Positions 19,206-29,349 are shown, counted from the first letter of the stretch. The stretch: 64,000 nt of DNA from an uncultured Actinomycetes bacterium (GCA_963708105.1 OY970186.1:462659-526658); one strand, 5' to 3'. Notes: generated by a model not told the origin, from the letters alone. Made by a program: numbers and translations.

Positions 19206-22200
19206 TCAGTTCGTCTCCGGCCAGAGGTAAACGACCCCGATCGGTTCGATGCGCTTCGTTCGGACGTCGTAGAAGTCGCGAATGCGGACAGGCTCGTTTT
19301 GAAGGTCGTGATCGAACTGGTCGAGCCGACGGCGCCACGAGTGGACATTCGCTTCCACCTGCCGCCGAGCCTCGTCTTCGAACCCAAGCGTGAGCTGTTC
19401 GAAGTCGCGGTCGTACCTCGACAATTCGCGCTTCACTCGATCGCGCTGTTGTTCCAGCGTCGTCTCAAGGTCGGTCGCTTCACGACTCGCACGCGCCGCG
19501 AGCTTCTGCGCCGCAAGTTCTGCGGCGGCCTCGGCACGAGCAACGAGCTGCGGTCGAAGCTCGTCCACGTCCCGCTCCCTCGTTTCCAGCAGTCTTTGTT
19601 GAATCGCCATGTCGGGCGCCACTCGCAATTTCGCAGCCGAGCGCGTCTTCGAGTAGGTCGAGGGTCAGCGTTTCCGCGTCGCGTCCGTAGGCCTTGAGCG
19701 GGTCCTTTCGGCGGCTCGGATCGACCCAGCGTCCAGTCACTACGACTACTTCTTCGTGTAGTCGCTCCGCGCCGCGACCGTAGAGCGCGAGTCTCCCGAG
19801 CAGAATGACACGCGGGACCGAGTCGGACGCTTGCGCGAGACAGGCACGTGACAGGTCGTGATGCACGAATCCCTGCGAGCGAAACCGCGAGAGGAGGCGT
19901 TGCGCGACTCGCTGTTCAAGATGTAAGTGCACGGTGTCGTCGGTAAGGATTCCCGCGTCCTCGAAGACAATGGGGCGAATCGGAGCCTCCCGGCGCCAGT
20001 CGGCCAACCTCTGATCGGAACGGCGCGGTACGCGGAGCGTGTCGAGAGTTGAGGCCCACGTGGCATCGGAATGGGCGCGATGGTCAAGTGGGGGGAATGT
20101 CCAGACGGGGTGACCGTTCGCATCCTGCTCCTCGACAAGGGGCGCAGCGTCGAGTAATTCGAGCGCACAGGAAAGGGCTTGACGGAACGGCTCGGGTTCG
20201 AACCGAACCCACGCACGCGAATTCTGCAGCAGGGTTTGACAGCGTTCGATCTGCGATCGCAGAACGTCTTGGCGTTCGCGAGTCGCTTCGAGTTCCTCGT
20301 CGGTAATGCGCTTCCGTTCCTTCTCGAGGTTGGCTGCTCCGATCTCACTGGCAAGCTCGTCTGCCTCGCCGTGACGGATACCCCGGCGCAGGCGCCGCTC
20401 GATGTCGTCGTCGATGACACTCGAGAGGCTGCCGAGTTCCTTCTTGATCGTCTCGGTCTTCTTCACGAGTACTTCGAGAACTCTGTCTTCAACCCGCTGG
20501 GGAAGTACGAAATAGTGGCAACGCACCTCGGGCGCGGGCTGAAGCTTGCGATCGATACGGCCGTTGCGCTGTTCGATACGTCCCGGATTCCAAGGAAGGT
20601 CGAAGTGAAACAGGTCGGCGCAATGCGCTTGGAAGTTCAAACCTTCTCGGGCGGCGTCGGTGGCCAGGAGAATGCGAAGCGGATCCTTGGCGGGATCCGT
20701 GTTGAAGCGGCGCTGGATCTCCTTGCGATTGGTGCTGCTCGTGAGTCCATCGATGACTTCGATGCGGTCGTCGGCGCGGTCGGTACTTTCGATGGCCCGT
20801 TCGAGGATGTCCTTGAGGTAACGCTTGGTGCCCTCACGATTCTCCGTGAAGATGAGGACGCGCCGATCGTTCCATTGCGCAGGGTCGCCATTGGGCGCCC
20901 GTCCGATTGGCGGTAGCTCGGGGCAGAGGTTGGCGCGGATCCAGTCGATAAGAGCGCTGATCTTCGCGTCCGGACGATGTCGATGCTCTTCGGCGATTTC
21001 TTCCATGCGATCGAGCAGATCCTGCTCGAGTTTCCACTGTGCTGATTCGGGTTCGTGCACCGTTTCGGATTCCGCGGCCGCGGTGATCGCCGTAACCTCA
21101 GCCGCCTCGTCGGCGGCTTCATCCGCGGGAGTCCACGACGCGCGATCATCGTCCGAGTCCGCGGGCCGCAGGAACAGCGACTCTTCGTCTTGGACCTCTT
21201 CGGAGAGCGCCGCGCGCTTGGAGACGTTTGCCTTGTCCCACTGTCGACGAACTGTTTCTCGGTGCACCTTCAAGGTTCGCGCGAACGCTTCCGTCGATGA
21301 CAGCAGCCGCTGCTGCAAGCCGACGACAAGCAATCCAGCGGCAGCCTGGGCACGACGTGAGCTGCCCTCGAAACGGGTTTCGCGCGCGGTTCGGTACTCG
21401 TCAAGGAGTCTCGAGAGCTCAAGTTCGGGTGCATCTTCTGGGAGTCCGTCGATCGCGATGCGCTCGACGACGCGTTTCGGGAAGCCGCCCTGCACGCCAC
21501 GGATATCTTCCTTCAGTCGGCGCACCATGATTTCTTCCAGAGCCTTCGGCCGAGCCTTCACACCGCGGGTGAAGCGATAGGGATCGAGCAGCTCGAGCAG
21601 CGTGGAGAAGCTGTTCGAGTGGCCATTGTGCGGCGTTGCAGACAGGAACAAGCGGTGCTCGAATCGCGACGCAAGATCGCGAACTGCGCGAGTGAATTTG
21701 GTCTCGATCCCGTAGCGACCGCCGCTAGAGGGCGCGGCGTGATGCGCCTCATCGAGGATCAGCAAACTGCCGGGAAGGAGCGGGCCGAGCCAGGCGCGCA
21801 TCGGGTCTGTGTATGCCGGATCGATGAGCAGGTTGTGCGAAATCAGGAAGCGGCTGTGGGTCATCCACGGATTCACGCCGAACCCGCGCTCGCGGCGCAT
21901 GCGGCTGAGGTAGGCGCGGTCGAGAATCTCGAACACCAGCCCGAACCGCTCCTCGAGCTCGGCCTTCCATTGCTCGAGCACCGACGGCGGCGCAGCGACA
22001 ACGATCGTCTTGGCCTTGCGCCGCAGGAGGAGCTCACGGGCGATGAGACCGGCTTCGATCGTCTTGCCGAGCCCGGTGTCGTCCGCGATGAACAGGTTGA
22101 CCCGCGGAAGAAGGAGAGCTTTGCGAAGCGGCTCCATCTGATACGCGTCGATCTTGATCCCGGCACGAAACGGCGCCTGGAAGATTTGTGGATCCGTTGC

Positions 22201-22605
22201 CGTCACACAGTTCCACCGGAGGGTGTGCAGAAACGCGGAGAACTGGTCGGGATCATCGAAGCCTTGCGAGCCGAGACCGCCCCAGGCCTCGTCCCGGAAG
22301 ATTCGACGGTCGATTTCGAAATCCCAGTAGACGTCGATGGTCATTCCCTGCGCGTCGTCGTCGGCGCAAGCCAGGTGGACGAGTACTGATTGACCGGTTA
22401 GTTCGGGATCCGCCACCTCTTCCACAAACCATCGGCGCGACCGAACCTGGACTAGGTCACCCACCTGTGGCGGGCTCTCCGGAAGCATCGACGGCACGCG
22501 CACATTCGAGTGATGTCCGGTTGTGCCCTGAGTATCTGCCGTCACTAAACCACCGTTATTTCGGATCTGATTTCCATTTTCACGACGCTCCGATCCAGCG
22601 GACAC
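19206..22605 (-). CDS. drmD: DISARM DrmD, an SNF2-family helicase. One apparent frameshift near the 3' end. The start codon is uncertain (GTG 22605 or ATG 22488).
   Basis: 'FIADDTGLGKTIEAGLIAREL' (motif I), 'LLILDEAHHAAPS' (motif II), 'FLSATPHNGHSNSF' (motif III) and 'LLATDAAREGLNFQAHCADLFHFDLPWNPGRIEQRNGRIDR' (motifs V/VI). The C-terminal coiled-coil part continues in ORF 19206..19628 and ends 'IEPIGVVYLWPETN'. Confidence 0.8.
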
Positions 22606-22819
22606 CAGTATCCGAACCTCGAGCCCGGGCGACCGACCAGCTGAGGCTACGCGAACCCTGGGACACGGGTGGCGGGAATGACCTCGCCGGGCGTGGTGCC
22701 GGCGGCGTGAGTCTCAGGCCACGATCGTCGACGCTCGAACATGCGGAAGTCCGCGGTTCCCCAGCAAATCGGCCGTCTGACTGAAGCACCTCACCATCGA
22801 CGCCTACCCTGGTCGGCTC

Positions 22820-24388
22820 ATGACCGGCGCGACTTGGACCGACGACGCGTGCTCGCTCGTGGACGCGTTCCGACGCGGAGACCGCTCGCCACGCGAGGAG
22901 CTGGAAAGTTCCCTTGCCGCGATCGACGCCTCCGATCTCAACGCGTTCTCCTTTCTCGACCCCGAACGTGCGCTCGACGCGGCCGAACGCGCCGACATCT
23001 CGCAAGCCGTTCGGCGGGGTTCCCGTAGGGATCAAGGAGCTCGAACCGGTCCTGGGGTGGCCGCAGACCGAAGGGTCGCTCGTCTTCAAGAACCGGATCG
23101 CCACCAAGACCTCGCACCGTCGTCGAACGACTCCTCGAAACAGGCGGCGCGACTCCCGTCGGGCTCACCACCGCCTCCGAATTCGGTGGGCTGAACGTCA
23201 GCGTCACAAAGCTCAACGGAGTCACGCACAACCCTTGGCGGCACGGCAGCACCACCGGCGGATCGAGTGCCGGCTCCGCAGCCGCGGTCGCGGGCGGGCT
23301 AGTCCCATTAGCAACGGGCGGCGACGGGGGCGGCTCCATTCGCATCCCCGCGGGCTACACCGGTCTGCTCGGCATGAAGGGCACCTACGGCCGCATCCCT
23401 CGCGGTCCGCACGCCTACTTCACTCCGGGCACCATCGTCCTCGGTTGTCTCGCCCGCTCGGTGCGTGACGCGGCCCGCTACTTCGACGTCTGCAGCGGCT
23501 ACGACTCGCTCGATCCGTCGAGCCTTCCGAAGCGCGCCAACTGGGAAGCCAACCTCGGCACCAACGACCTGCGCGGTAAGAAGGTCGCGATCGTTCCCAA
23601 CCTCGGCGGCGTCACGCTCGAACCGGGCGTCGAAGCCAACCTCCGCGCCTAGCCGCGCAGAGCTCATCAAGAACACGGGCATGGTCGAGGTCGACCTCAC
23701 CATCGAACTCCCGAATCTCGCCGCGCACTGGATGATGGGCAACCTCGCGACACTGCTCGACGAGCTCGGCAACCTATGGCCCCGCTGCGCGCCCGAGCTC
23801 ACCGACGAGATCAACGTCGGGCTGTTGCTCTCGCAGTCGATGCTCAACCTCTACACGGCCGCCGTCACCGAAGGGCAACGCATCCGCGCCAACGAAGCGA
23901 TGGCCGCCGCGTTCGACAAGGTCGACTTCGTCATCGCCGCGACCAACCCCGGTCCGGCGTTCGCGGCCGACGCCACTGACAGCAGCCCCACCTCGAGCTT
24001 CCTCGACTGGGCCCAAGGCGAACTCGGCGGTGCAACTCGGCGTTCCGCAGTCTGATGGCCGGCGTGCGCTTCGCCGGGCGCCGCGTTCCCGAAACTGCCG
24101 TCGACGATCCTCGACAGCTTCACCCAGCACTTCCCCGACCTCGTGCAGATGGGCGCGCTCACCATCATCTCGAACATCTACGGAAACCCCGCGGTCTCGA
24201 TCCCGAGCGGCTTCGTCGACGGCCTCCCCGTCGGCATGCAAGTGCTCACCCGCCACCACGCCGACGAGCTCCTCTTCGACGTCGCGCTCGCGGTCGAACG
24301 CGAAACGCCATGGCCGCTCGTCGCGCCGAACGCGACGGCCGGCACTCGGCAGAGCACTCCCACCGAAAGCGGCGCACCCACGCCGTAG
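22820..24388 (+). CDS. Amidase-signature family enzyme. Several frameshifts as assembled.
   Basis: The signature 'GGSSAGSAAAVAGGLVPLATGGDGGGSIRIPAGYTGLLGMKGTYGRIP' is visible after stitching frames. C-terminal 'ISNIYGNPAVSIPSGFVDGLPVGMQVL'. Confidence 0.8.
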
Positions 24389-24398
24389 GCTTTCGATC

Positions 24399-24575
24399 AT
24401 GGCTACACCCACTCCCGATCCTCGGCCGACGGAAGCCGAGACAGCGGAGCGACGCGCCGCTTACCGCGCGTCGTACGAAGCCCAGAGGCGAGCTGCTCGC
24501 GACCCGCAGCTCATGACGACCCTTTCCAAACGGATCGCCGAACTGAACGAGAAGTACGCCGAAGCCGACGGGTAG
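24399..24575 (+). CDS. Small hypothetical protein (58 aa).
   Basis: In-frame ATG at 24399: 'MATPTPDPRPTEAETAERRAAYRASYEAQRRAARDPQLMTTLSKRIAELNEKYAEADG'. No family recognised. Confidence 0.3.
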   Translation: MATPTPDPRPTEAETAERRAAYRASYEAQRRAARDPQLMTTLSKRIAELNEKYAEADG

Positions 24576-24700
24576 TGGGCCTCGCGATTTCTCCGGGCTC
24601 GACCCGCTTCTTCCGACCTGTTGATGTCTCGCCCAGGCAGTCATGGTCTCAAGCGGTTGACGGATACGCGACACTGGTGACGAGCAGAAGGAACAAGACG

Positions 24701-24853
24701 ATGGCGAAGCAGTTGAGCAAGGCGGCCAAATCGGCCCGGATCGTGACCCCCAGCAAGGGGTCGTCCGCTCGCGCGAAGGCGACGCGCGAGGCAACGTCGA
24801 TGCTGTCCAAGAAGCCATCGATCAACCCCACTCGGCTTACTCGAGGGAAGTAG
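24701..24853 (+). CDS. Putative small antitoxin-like protein (50 aa) upstream of the PIN gene.
   Basis: ATG 24701 is preceded by 'gaagga' about 8 nt upstream. The basic protein reads 'MAKQLSKAAKSARIVTPSKGSSARAKATREATSMLSK'. The call rests on position only. Confidence 0.35.
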   Translation: MAKQLSKAAKSARIVTPSKGSSARAKATREATSMLSKKPSINPTRLTRGK

Positions 24854-24877
24854 CGGGCCGAGTACCTCGGCTCGCGG

Positions 24878-25465
24878 ATGACGGCAGCAGGCCGAAAGGC
24901 CCAGACCCGCAAAGTCCACTCGATAACCGAACTGGCAGTCCCGGACGAACTGCTGGTCGACACGGCGTTCGTCTACGCCGCGCTCGAACGAGGCCAGACC
25001 TGGCACGCGGAGTGCGCACGGTTCCTGGAACGCGCCGCCGAAAATCAGACCGCGTTCTTCTTCAACCGGCTGATGGAGATCGAGCTGCGCGAGGTCGCCT
25101 ACAAGGGCGCCTTCGAGCGGCGCTAGAAGAAGGACTGGCGCAAGCACCGATACGACGGACGCACCCGTAATTCGGCGACGCGTCAGGCGGCCAATCTGTT
25201 CCTCGCCTGGACGCGCTTCCTGGCCGCCAACTCTTACGCTCGAGTTGAACTACACGAGGTCGATCACCTGGTCGATGGATACATGGCGCTTGGCCTCGGT
25301 TCCTACGACGCAGTGCACGCGGCCACCGCGGCGTTCGTCTCGGTGGATCACGTAGCGACCCTCGACGCGAGCTTCGCCTTGGCAACCGATCTCACGATCC
25401 ACATCGACCCGTCGAGGTTGAGCCGATGCCGCAAGACGCGCGGCGGACAAGGGCGCTTGTTGTAA
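24878..25465 (+). pseudogene. PIN-domain toxin interrupted by a single in-frame TAG (25124-25126).
   Basis: ORFs 24878..25126 and 25283..25465 are in the same frame, and no other stop lies between them. N-terminal 'LLVDTAFVYAALE' and C-terminal 'SYDAVHAATAAFVSVDHVATLDASF' are PIN-like. Confidence 0.6.
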
Positions 25466-25480
25466 CCGCTGCGACGCCCA

Positions 25481-27035
25481 CTACTTCTTGAACGTGAACG
25501 TCACGATCGTCTTGGCGGGGATCTTCAACAACCAGGGGCCCGACGTCGGTGCGACGCGGCTCGGGCGCGGCGACCAGGTTGTCGTTCGCGTTGGTCATCG
25601 CCACGCCCGTGCCGATCGTCTGACCACCGGGAACCTTCAACCCGTACGTCGCCGTCGTCGAACCCTCGTTCCACGTCACGACCGTCCACCCGCGTCGGGC
25701 TCGTGAACGCCATCGCGTGCACATCCGTCGGCAAGCCCGTGACGTCGTGGCGCACCGCGCCCGGCCGCACGTACCGACTGAACTGACCCATCACGTAGAA
25801 CCGCTTCGTAGATGAAGAGCTTCGTCACGCCGTCGGTCGCGCCGTGCTGGTCGTAGTACATCAACCCGTCGTTGAAGCCCTTCGTGTTCACCTGCTTCGG
25901 ACACTCCGGGTCGCGCCTTCGGATCGCAACCGAGCACCGGCGACAACGCCGTCCACCAGTACCACGCGCTGTCGCCGGCCACGGTGAGATCGCTCTCGAT
26001 CTGATCGGCCATCCAGAAACCCTGCGTCATCGTCGGGTCGTAGTTCGCACCCGAAGCTCGTCGCAACCCCACCCGAACCCTTGTAACAGCAGATCTCCGT
26101 CATCCACGTGGGCTTGTGGAACTTCGCGGCGATCGGCGGCAACAACGCCCGCAACTTGTCGGTCGGATAGTCGTAGGTGTGATGCGCGATCGCGGCGACG
26201 TACTGCGCGGTCCCCGGAACCGACAGCCACTGCGGTGCTTCGTCGGCGAGGATCACGTCGGCGGTCGTCTCGTCGGCGATCACCTTCGTGTACGGCGCGC
26301 TCTGCGCGAGCGCCTTGCCCAGCGCCTGCACCACCGTGGCCCGCTGCGCGACCGGAACCTGCCATGCCTTCTTGCCCGCAGTCGCCGAACGCGTTGTCGG
26401 GCTCGTTCATCGGGCTCACGTACTTCAACGTGATGTGGTCGGTGTCGTGCAACGTCTTCACGATGCCGACGAGATACTCCGCGTACGCAGCTTCCATTCC
26501 CGGCTTCAGGTTCCCGCCGCACGGCTTGCCGTTCGTCGTGAACTGCGCGGCGCACTGTTCACGAACCCGGTGAGGATCGGAACGCCGGCCGTGCTCGCGG
26601 CGCGCCAGGAACGACCGGCCGGCAGTGTCGGCCGTGAACTCCTTCGGCGCGCGATCGGGCGTGGTCACACCACTCCCGCCGCCGCCGATGTTGTACCGGT
26701 AGCCCGAGAGCGCGATGCCGGTCGGCGATGAACAGCAACGTCGTCGACCGACGCCTTGCACGACCTTCGGGAACTCCGCGAGATCGATCGGCCACCACGC
26801 CCCCGACGCGCCGAATCCCTGCGATCGTCTGCCGTGCCACCGTGCTGACGGTCGCGACGTGCAAGTTCGCGGGCGTCGGCACCGTCTCCGACGGAACCAA
26901 CCCCGGCGGCACCGAGATCGAGAGCGACGGCGACTGGTGCTTCGCCTTCGTCGTGTGTGACGACGACGAGCACGCGCCCGCCACAAGGGCCGCCACCACG
27001 AACGCAGCGGCGACGCGCGCGAATCGGAATCTCAT
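25481..27035 (-). CDS. Glycoside hydrolase family 30-like lipoprotein. Multiple frameshifts as assembled.
   Basis: Signal peptide and lipobox 'MRFRFARVAAAFVVAALVAGACSS'. 'YVSPMNEPDNAF' (acid/base Glu region), 'HKPTWMTEICC' (nucleophile Glu region) and 'YVMGQFSRYVRPGAVR'. Ends 'TIVTFTFKK*'. Confidence 0.75.
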
Positions 27036-27805
27036 CCCCACGACTTCCCGTAGCCGCTCACGTCGAGCACTTTGCCGGTGAAGTCGGTGTCGATCTGTTT
27101 CGCCAGGTATGCGACCGGCGGCCCGACGTCTTCGGGCTCCTGCCAACCGCTCCAGTCGAAGTCGGCGCCGAACTCTTCGGTCGTGTGCTCGGTGCGCACC
27201 GCGCCCGGTCGCAACGCGTTGATGTTGATCCCCAACGGCCGCAACTCCGGCGCCGCCGCGGAAGAGAAGCGCTCCAACGCGGCCTTTGCCACCGAATAGA
27301 TCACGTAACCGGGCGGCATCATCGCACTCACCTCGTGCGCGGCCGCGCCCGACGAGATGTTGATGATGCTCCCCCCACCCTGACCCTTCATCACCGGCGT
27401 CACCGCCTGCACGAACAGATACAGACTCCGCACGTTGACGCGCATCGAGTCGTCCCACATCTGCACGGTCGACGTGTCGAGCGGCGCCTGCGTCGGCGTC
27501 ATCGCGTTGTTCACCAACACGTCGAGCCGCCCGAACTCCTTGACCGTCCCGTCGATCAGACCCTGGATATCCGACTCCACGCCGATGTCGCAGCGGATCG
27601 CGACCGCTTTACCGCCCTCGGCCTTGATCGCGTCGACGGTCTCGTGGATCGTTCCCGGGAACTCGCCCGTGTTCGGCTCCACCGTGCGCGCCGCGCACAC
27701 CACCGACGCGCCCTGCCGGCCGAGATACGTCGCCAGCCCCTTCCCGATCCCTCGCGAGGAACCGGTCACCACGATCACCTTGCCGTCGAAGTCGCCAGTG
27801 GTCAT
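27032..27805 (-). CDS. SDR-family oxidoreductase.
   Basis: 'KVIVVTGSSRGIGKGLA' (TGxxxGxG), 'NNAM' and 'YSVAKAAL' (YxxxK). Intact. ATGA overlap with the GH30 start. Confidence 0.85.
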   Translation of the reverse strand: MTTGDFDGKVIVVTGSSRGIGKGLATYLGRQGASVVCAARTVEPNTGEFPGTIHETVDAIKAEGGKAVAIRCDIGVESDIQGLIDGTVKEFGRLDVLVNNAMTPTQAPLDTSTVQMWDDSMRVNVRSLYLFVQAVTPVMKGQGGGSIINISSGAAAHEVSAMMPPGYVIYSVAKAALERFSSAAAPELRPLGININALRPGAVRTEHTTEEFGADFDWSGWQEPEDVGPPVAYLAKQIDTDFTGKVLDVSGYGKSWG

Positions 27806-27904
27806 GCGAGCATCCTGGACGCACACCGCGCCCGTCGGCCAATCCACCTCGGGCCAATCCTTTTGGCCGCCTGTGGTGTGTCATGGCCGAGTGGACGACG
27901 GCAG

Positions 27905-28381
27905 ATGAGGGACGCGCCCCGAGAGTTCGAGGTCATGTACCGCGGCGAGTACGGGCGGTTGGCGCGCGGCCTCGCATCGTTCGGCGACGGCGCCGAAGAA
28001 GCAGTTCAGGAGGCATTCGTGAAGGCGTTGGTCCGGTGGCGACACGTCGGGAGCTTGGACGACCCGGCCGGATGGGTGCGTCGCGTCGCCGTGAACCAGC
28101 TCCTCAACCAATGCCGGTCGCGCGTTCGGGAAACCGCCGCGACCGCGCGCCTCGCCAACACCCCCGTCGACGCCGCGAATGCCGACCGCCTCGACGTGCA
28201 CTACGCCGTCGACGCGCTCTCACCACAACAACGGATCGCGGTCGGGCTCCGCTATGGCGGCGGCTACGCGATCGACGACGTCGCCACCGCGATGGACCTC
28301 TCGGTCGGCGCCGTGAAATACCACCTGCACACCGCGCGCGAACGGCTGCGCGCCACCCTCTCGGAGGACCGTGATGGATGA
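27905..28381 (+). CDS. ECF-type RNA polymerase sigma-70 family factor.
   Basis: Region 2 'AEEAVQEAFVKALVRW...AGWVRRVAVNQLLNQCR'. Region 4 'LSPQQRIAVGLRYGGGYAIDDVATAMDLSVGAVKYHLHTARERL'. Confidence 0.85.
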   Translation: MRDAPREFEVMYRGEYGRLARGLASFGDGAEEAVQEAFVKALVRWRHVGSLDDPAGWVRRVAVNQLLNQCRSRVRETAATARLANTPVDAANADRLDVHYAVDALSPQQRIAVGLRYGGGYAIDDVATAMDLSVGAVKYHLHTARERLRATLSEDRDG

Positions 28382-28919
28382 CAACGATCACCTCGACGAC
28401 GCGTTCACCGACCTGATCGCCGCGCGCCGCGTGACGATCGCCGACGAAGACGCGACGTACAACCGCGTCGTCGAACACGCGCACCGGCGCATCGCCCGTC
28501 GCCGATTCGCGGGCGCGACGCTCGCCCTCGTGATCGTCGGCACCGGCGCCGCCACCATCGCGATCGCAACGCGCCCAACCGGCACCGTCGCCGTGCAGGC
28601 CGCCGCGAGCGCTTCTCCGACCACCCGCGCGACAACCACCACGTTGCCTTCACCGCCGGTGACGACTGTCTCGAAGGCATCGCTCGGTATCGAGATCGAA
28701 AAGGGTGGAACCATCGTCGTCGGCACGATCACCGGCTCCCGGGCCGCGGGCACGGGCATTGCCCCCGGCGACCGGATCGTCTCGATCAACGGCCACGACA
28801 CCGCCGACGCGAGTGCAATAGCTCTCGCGCTCAAGTCGACGCACTCGGGTCAGATGCTCCACATCACATGGCAGGACAAGCAGGGCCACGACCACTCCGC
28901 CGCCGTTCCGCTCCCCTAG
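28371..28919 (+). CDS. Single-pass membrane protein with a C-terminal PDZ domain; putative anti-sigma partner.
   Basis: It overlaps the sigma gene's stop. Transmembrane segment 'FAGATLALVIVGTGAATIAIA'. PDZ-like 'LGIEIEKGGTIVVGTITGSRAAGTGIAPGDRIVSINGHD'. Confidence 0.6.
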   Translation: MMDDNDHLDDAFTDLIAARRVTIADEDATYNRVVEHAHRRIARRRFAGATLALVIVGTGAATIAIATRPTGTVAVQAAASASPTTRATTTTLPSPPVTTVSKASLGIEIEKGGTIVVGTITGSRAAGTGIAPGDRIVSINGHDTADASAIALALKSTHSGQMLHITWQDKQGHDHSAAVPLP

Positions 28920-28956
28920 CCCATCACGTTGGCGCACCGCCCGCGAGCATGGCGGC

Positions 28957-29316
28957 ATGACCGACGGAACGATCCCCGGCACCACGCCGATCACGAACGA
29001 GTACATGTTCGAGATGCTCGGGAAGACGAAGACGTACTCGCTCGTCTTGTTGAAGTCATCGACGAACTACGGGACGGCCGAGGCCGAGCCGATCGTGTTC
29101 GAGCACGGGCGCCGCAACTTCGCACTGCGGGCGGAGGGCGCGTTGTCGATCGTGTGTCCCGTGATGGACGACACCGATCTGTGCGGCATCGGCATCTTCA
29201 CCGGTACCGCCGAAGAAGTCGCCGCGATCATGGACGACGATCCGGGCGTGCAGGCCGGCGTGTTCACCTATGAGGTGCACCCCGTCCGCAGCTTCCCCGG
29301 CGATTCGCTCGCCTGA
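28957..29316 (+). CDS. YciI-like family protein.
   Basis: 'YSLVLLKSS...FEHGRRNFALRAEGALSIVCPV...GIGIFTGTAEEVAAIMDDDPGVQAGVFTYEVHP' matches the YCII-related pattern from memory. Confidence 0.55.
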   Translation: MTDGTIPGTTPITNEYMFEMLGKTKTYSLVLLKSSTNYGTAEAEPIVFEHGRRNFALRAEGALSIVCPVMDDTDLCGIGIFTGTAEEVAAIMDDDPGVQAGVFTYEVHPVRSFPGDSLA

Positions 29317-29349
29317 AGTTCGCTCGCCGAGAAGCGGAACGAGTCCCTG

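Noticed and set aside
15248-19387. Reading the large NPPF methyltransferase as BREX PglX, or as a stand-alone type IIG or type I restriction-modification enzyme.
   Set aside because: No PglZ, BrxC/PglY, BrxL or BrxA-type genes are present, and no HsdR or HsdS genes either. The gene is embedded between an SNF2 helicase and the DrmA/DrmB/DrmC triad, which fits DISARM class 1.
19206-19387. The first 60 codons of the 1379-aa ORF ('MGSKTRLGGRWKRMSTRG...') as the true drmMI N-terminus.
   Set aside because: That segment overlaps the drmD C-terminal coding frame and is low in complexity. A much more protein-like start (ATG 19202) lies 3 nt after the drmD stop, in the adjacent frame.
19100-19665. Programmed ribosomal frameshifting in drmMI or drmD.
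   Set aside because: I saw no slippery heptamer with a downstream structure. The same kind of 1-nt break is scattered through dozens of unrelated genes in the window, so an indel (sequencing error or mutation) is the simpler explanation.
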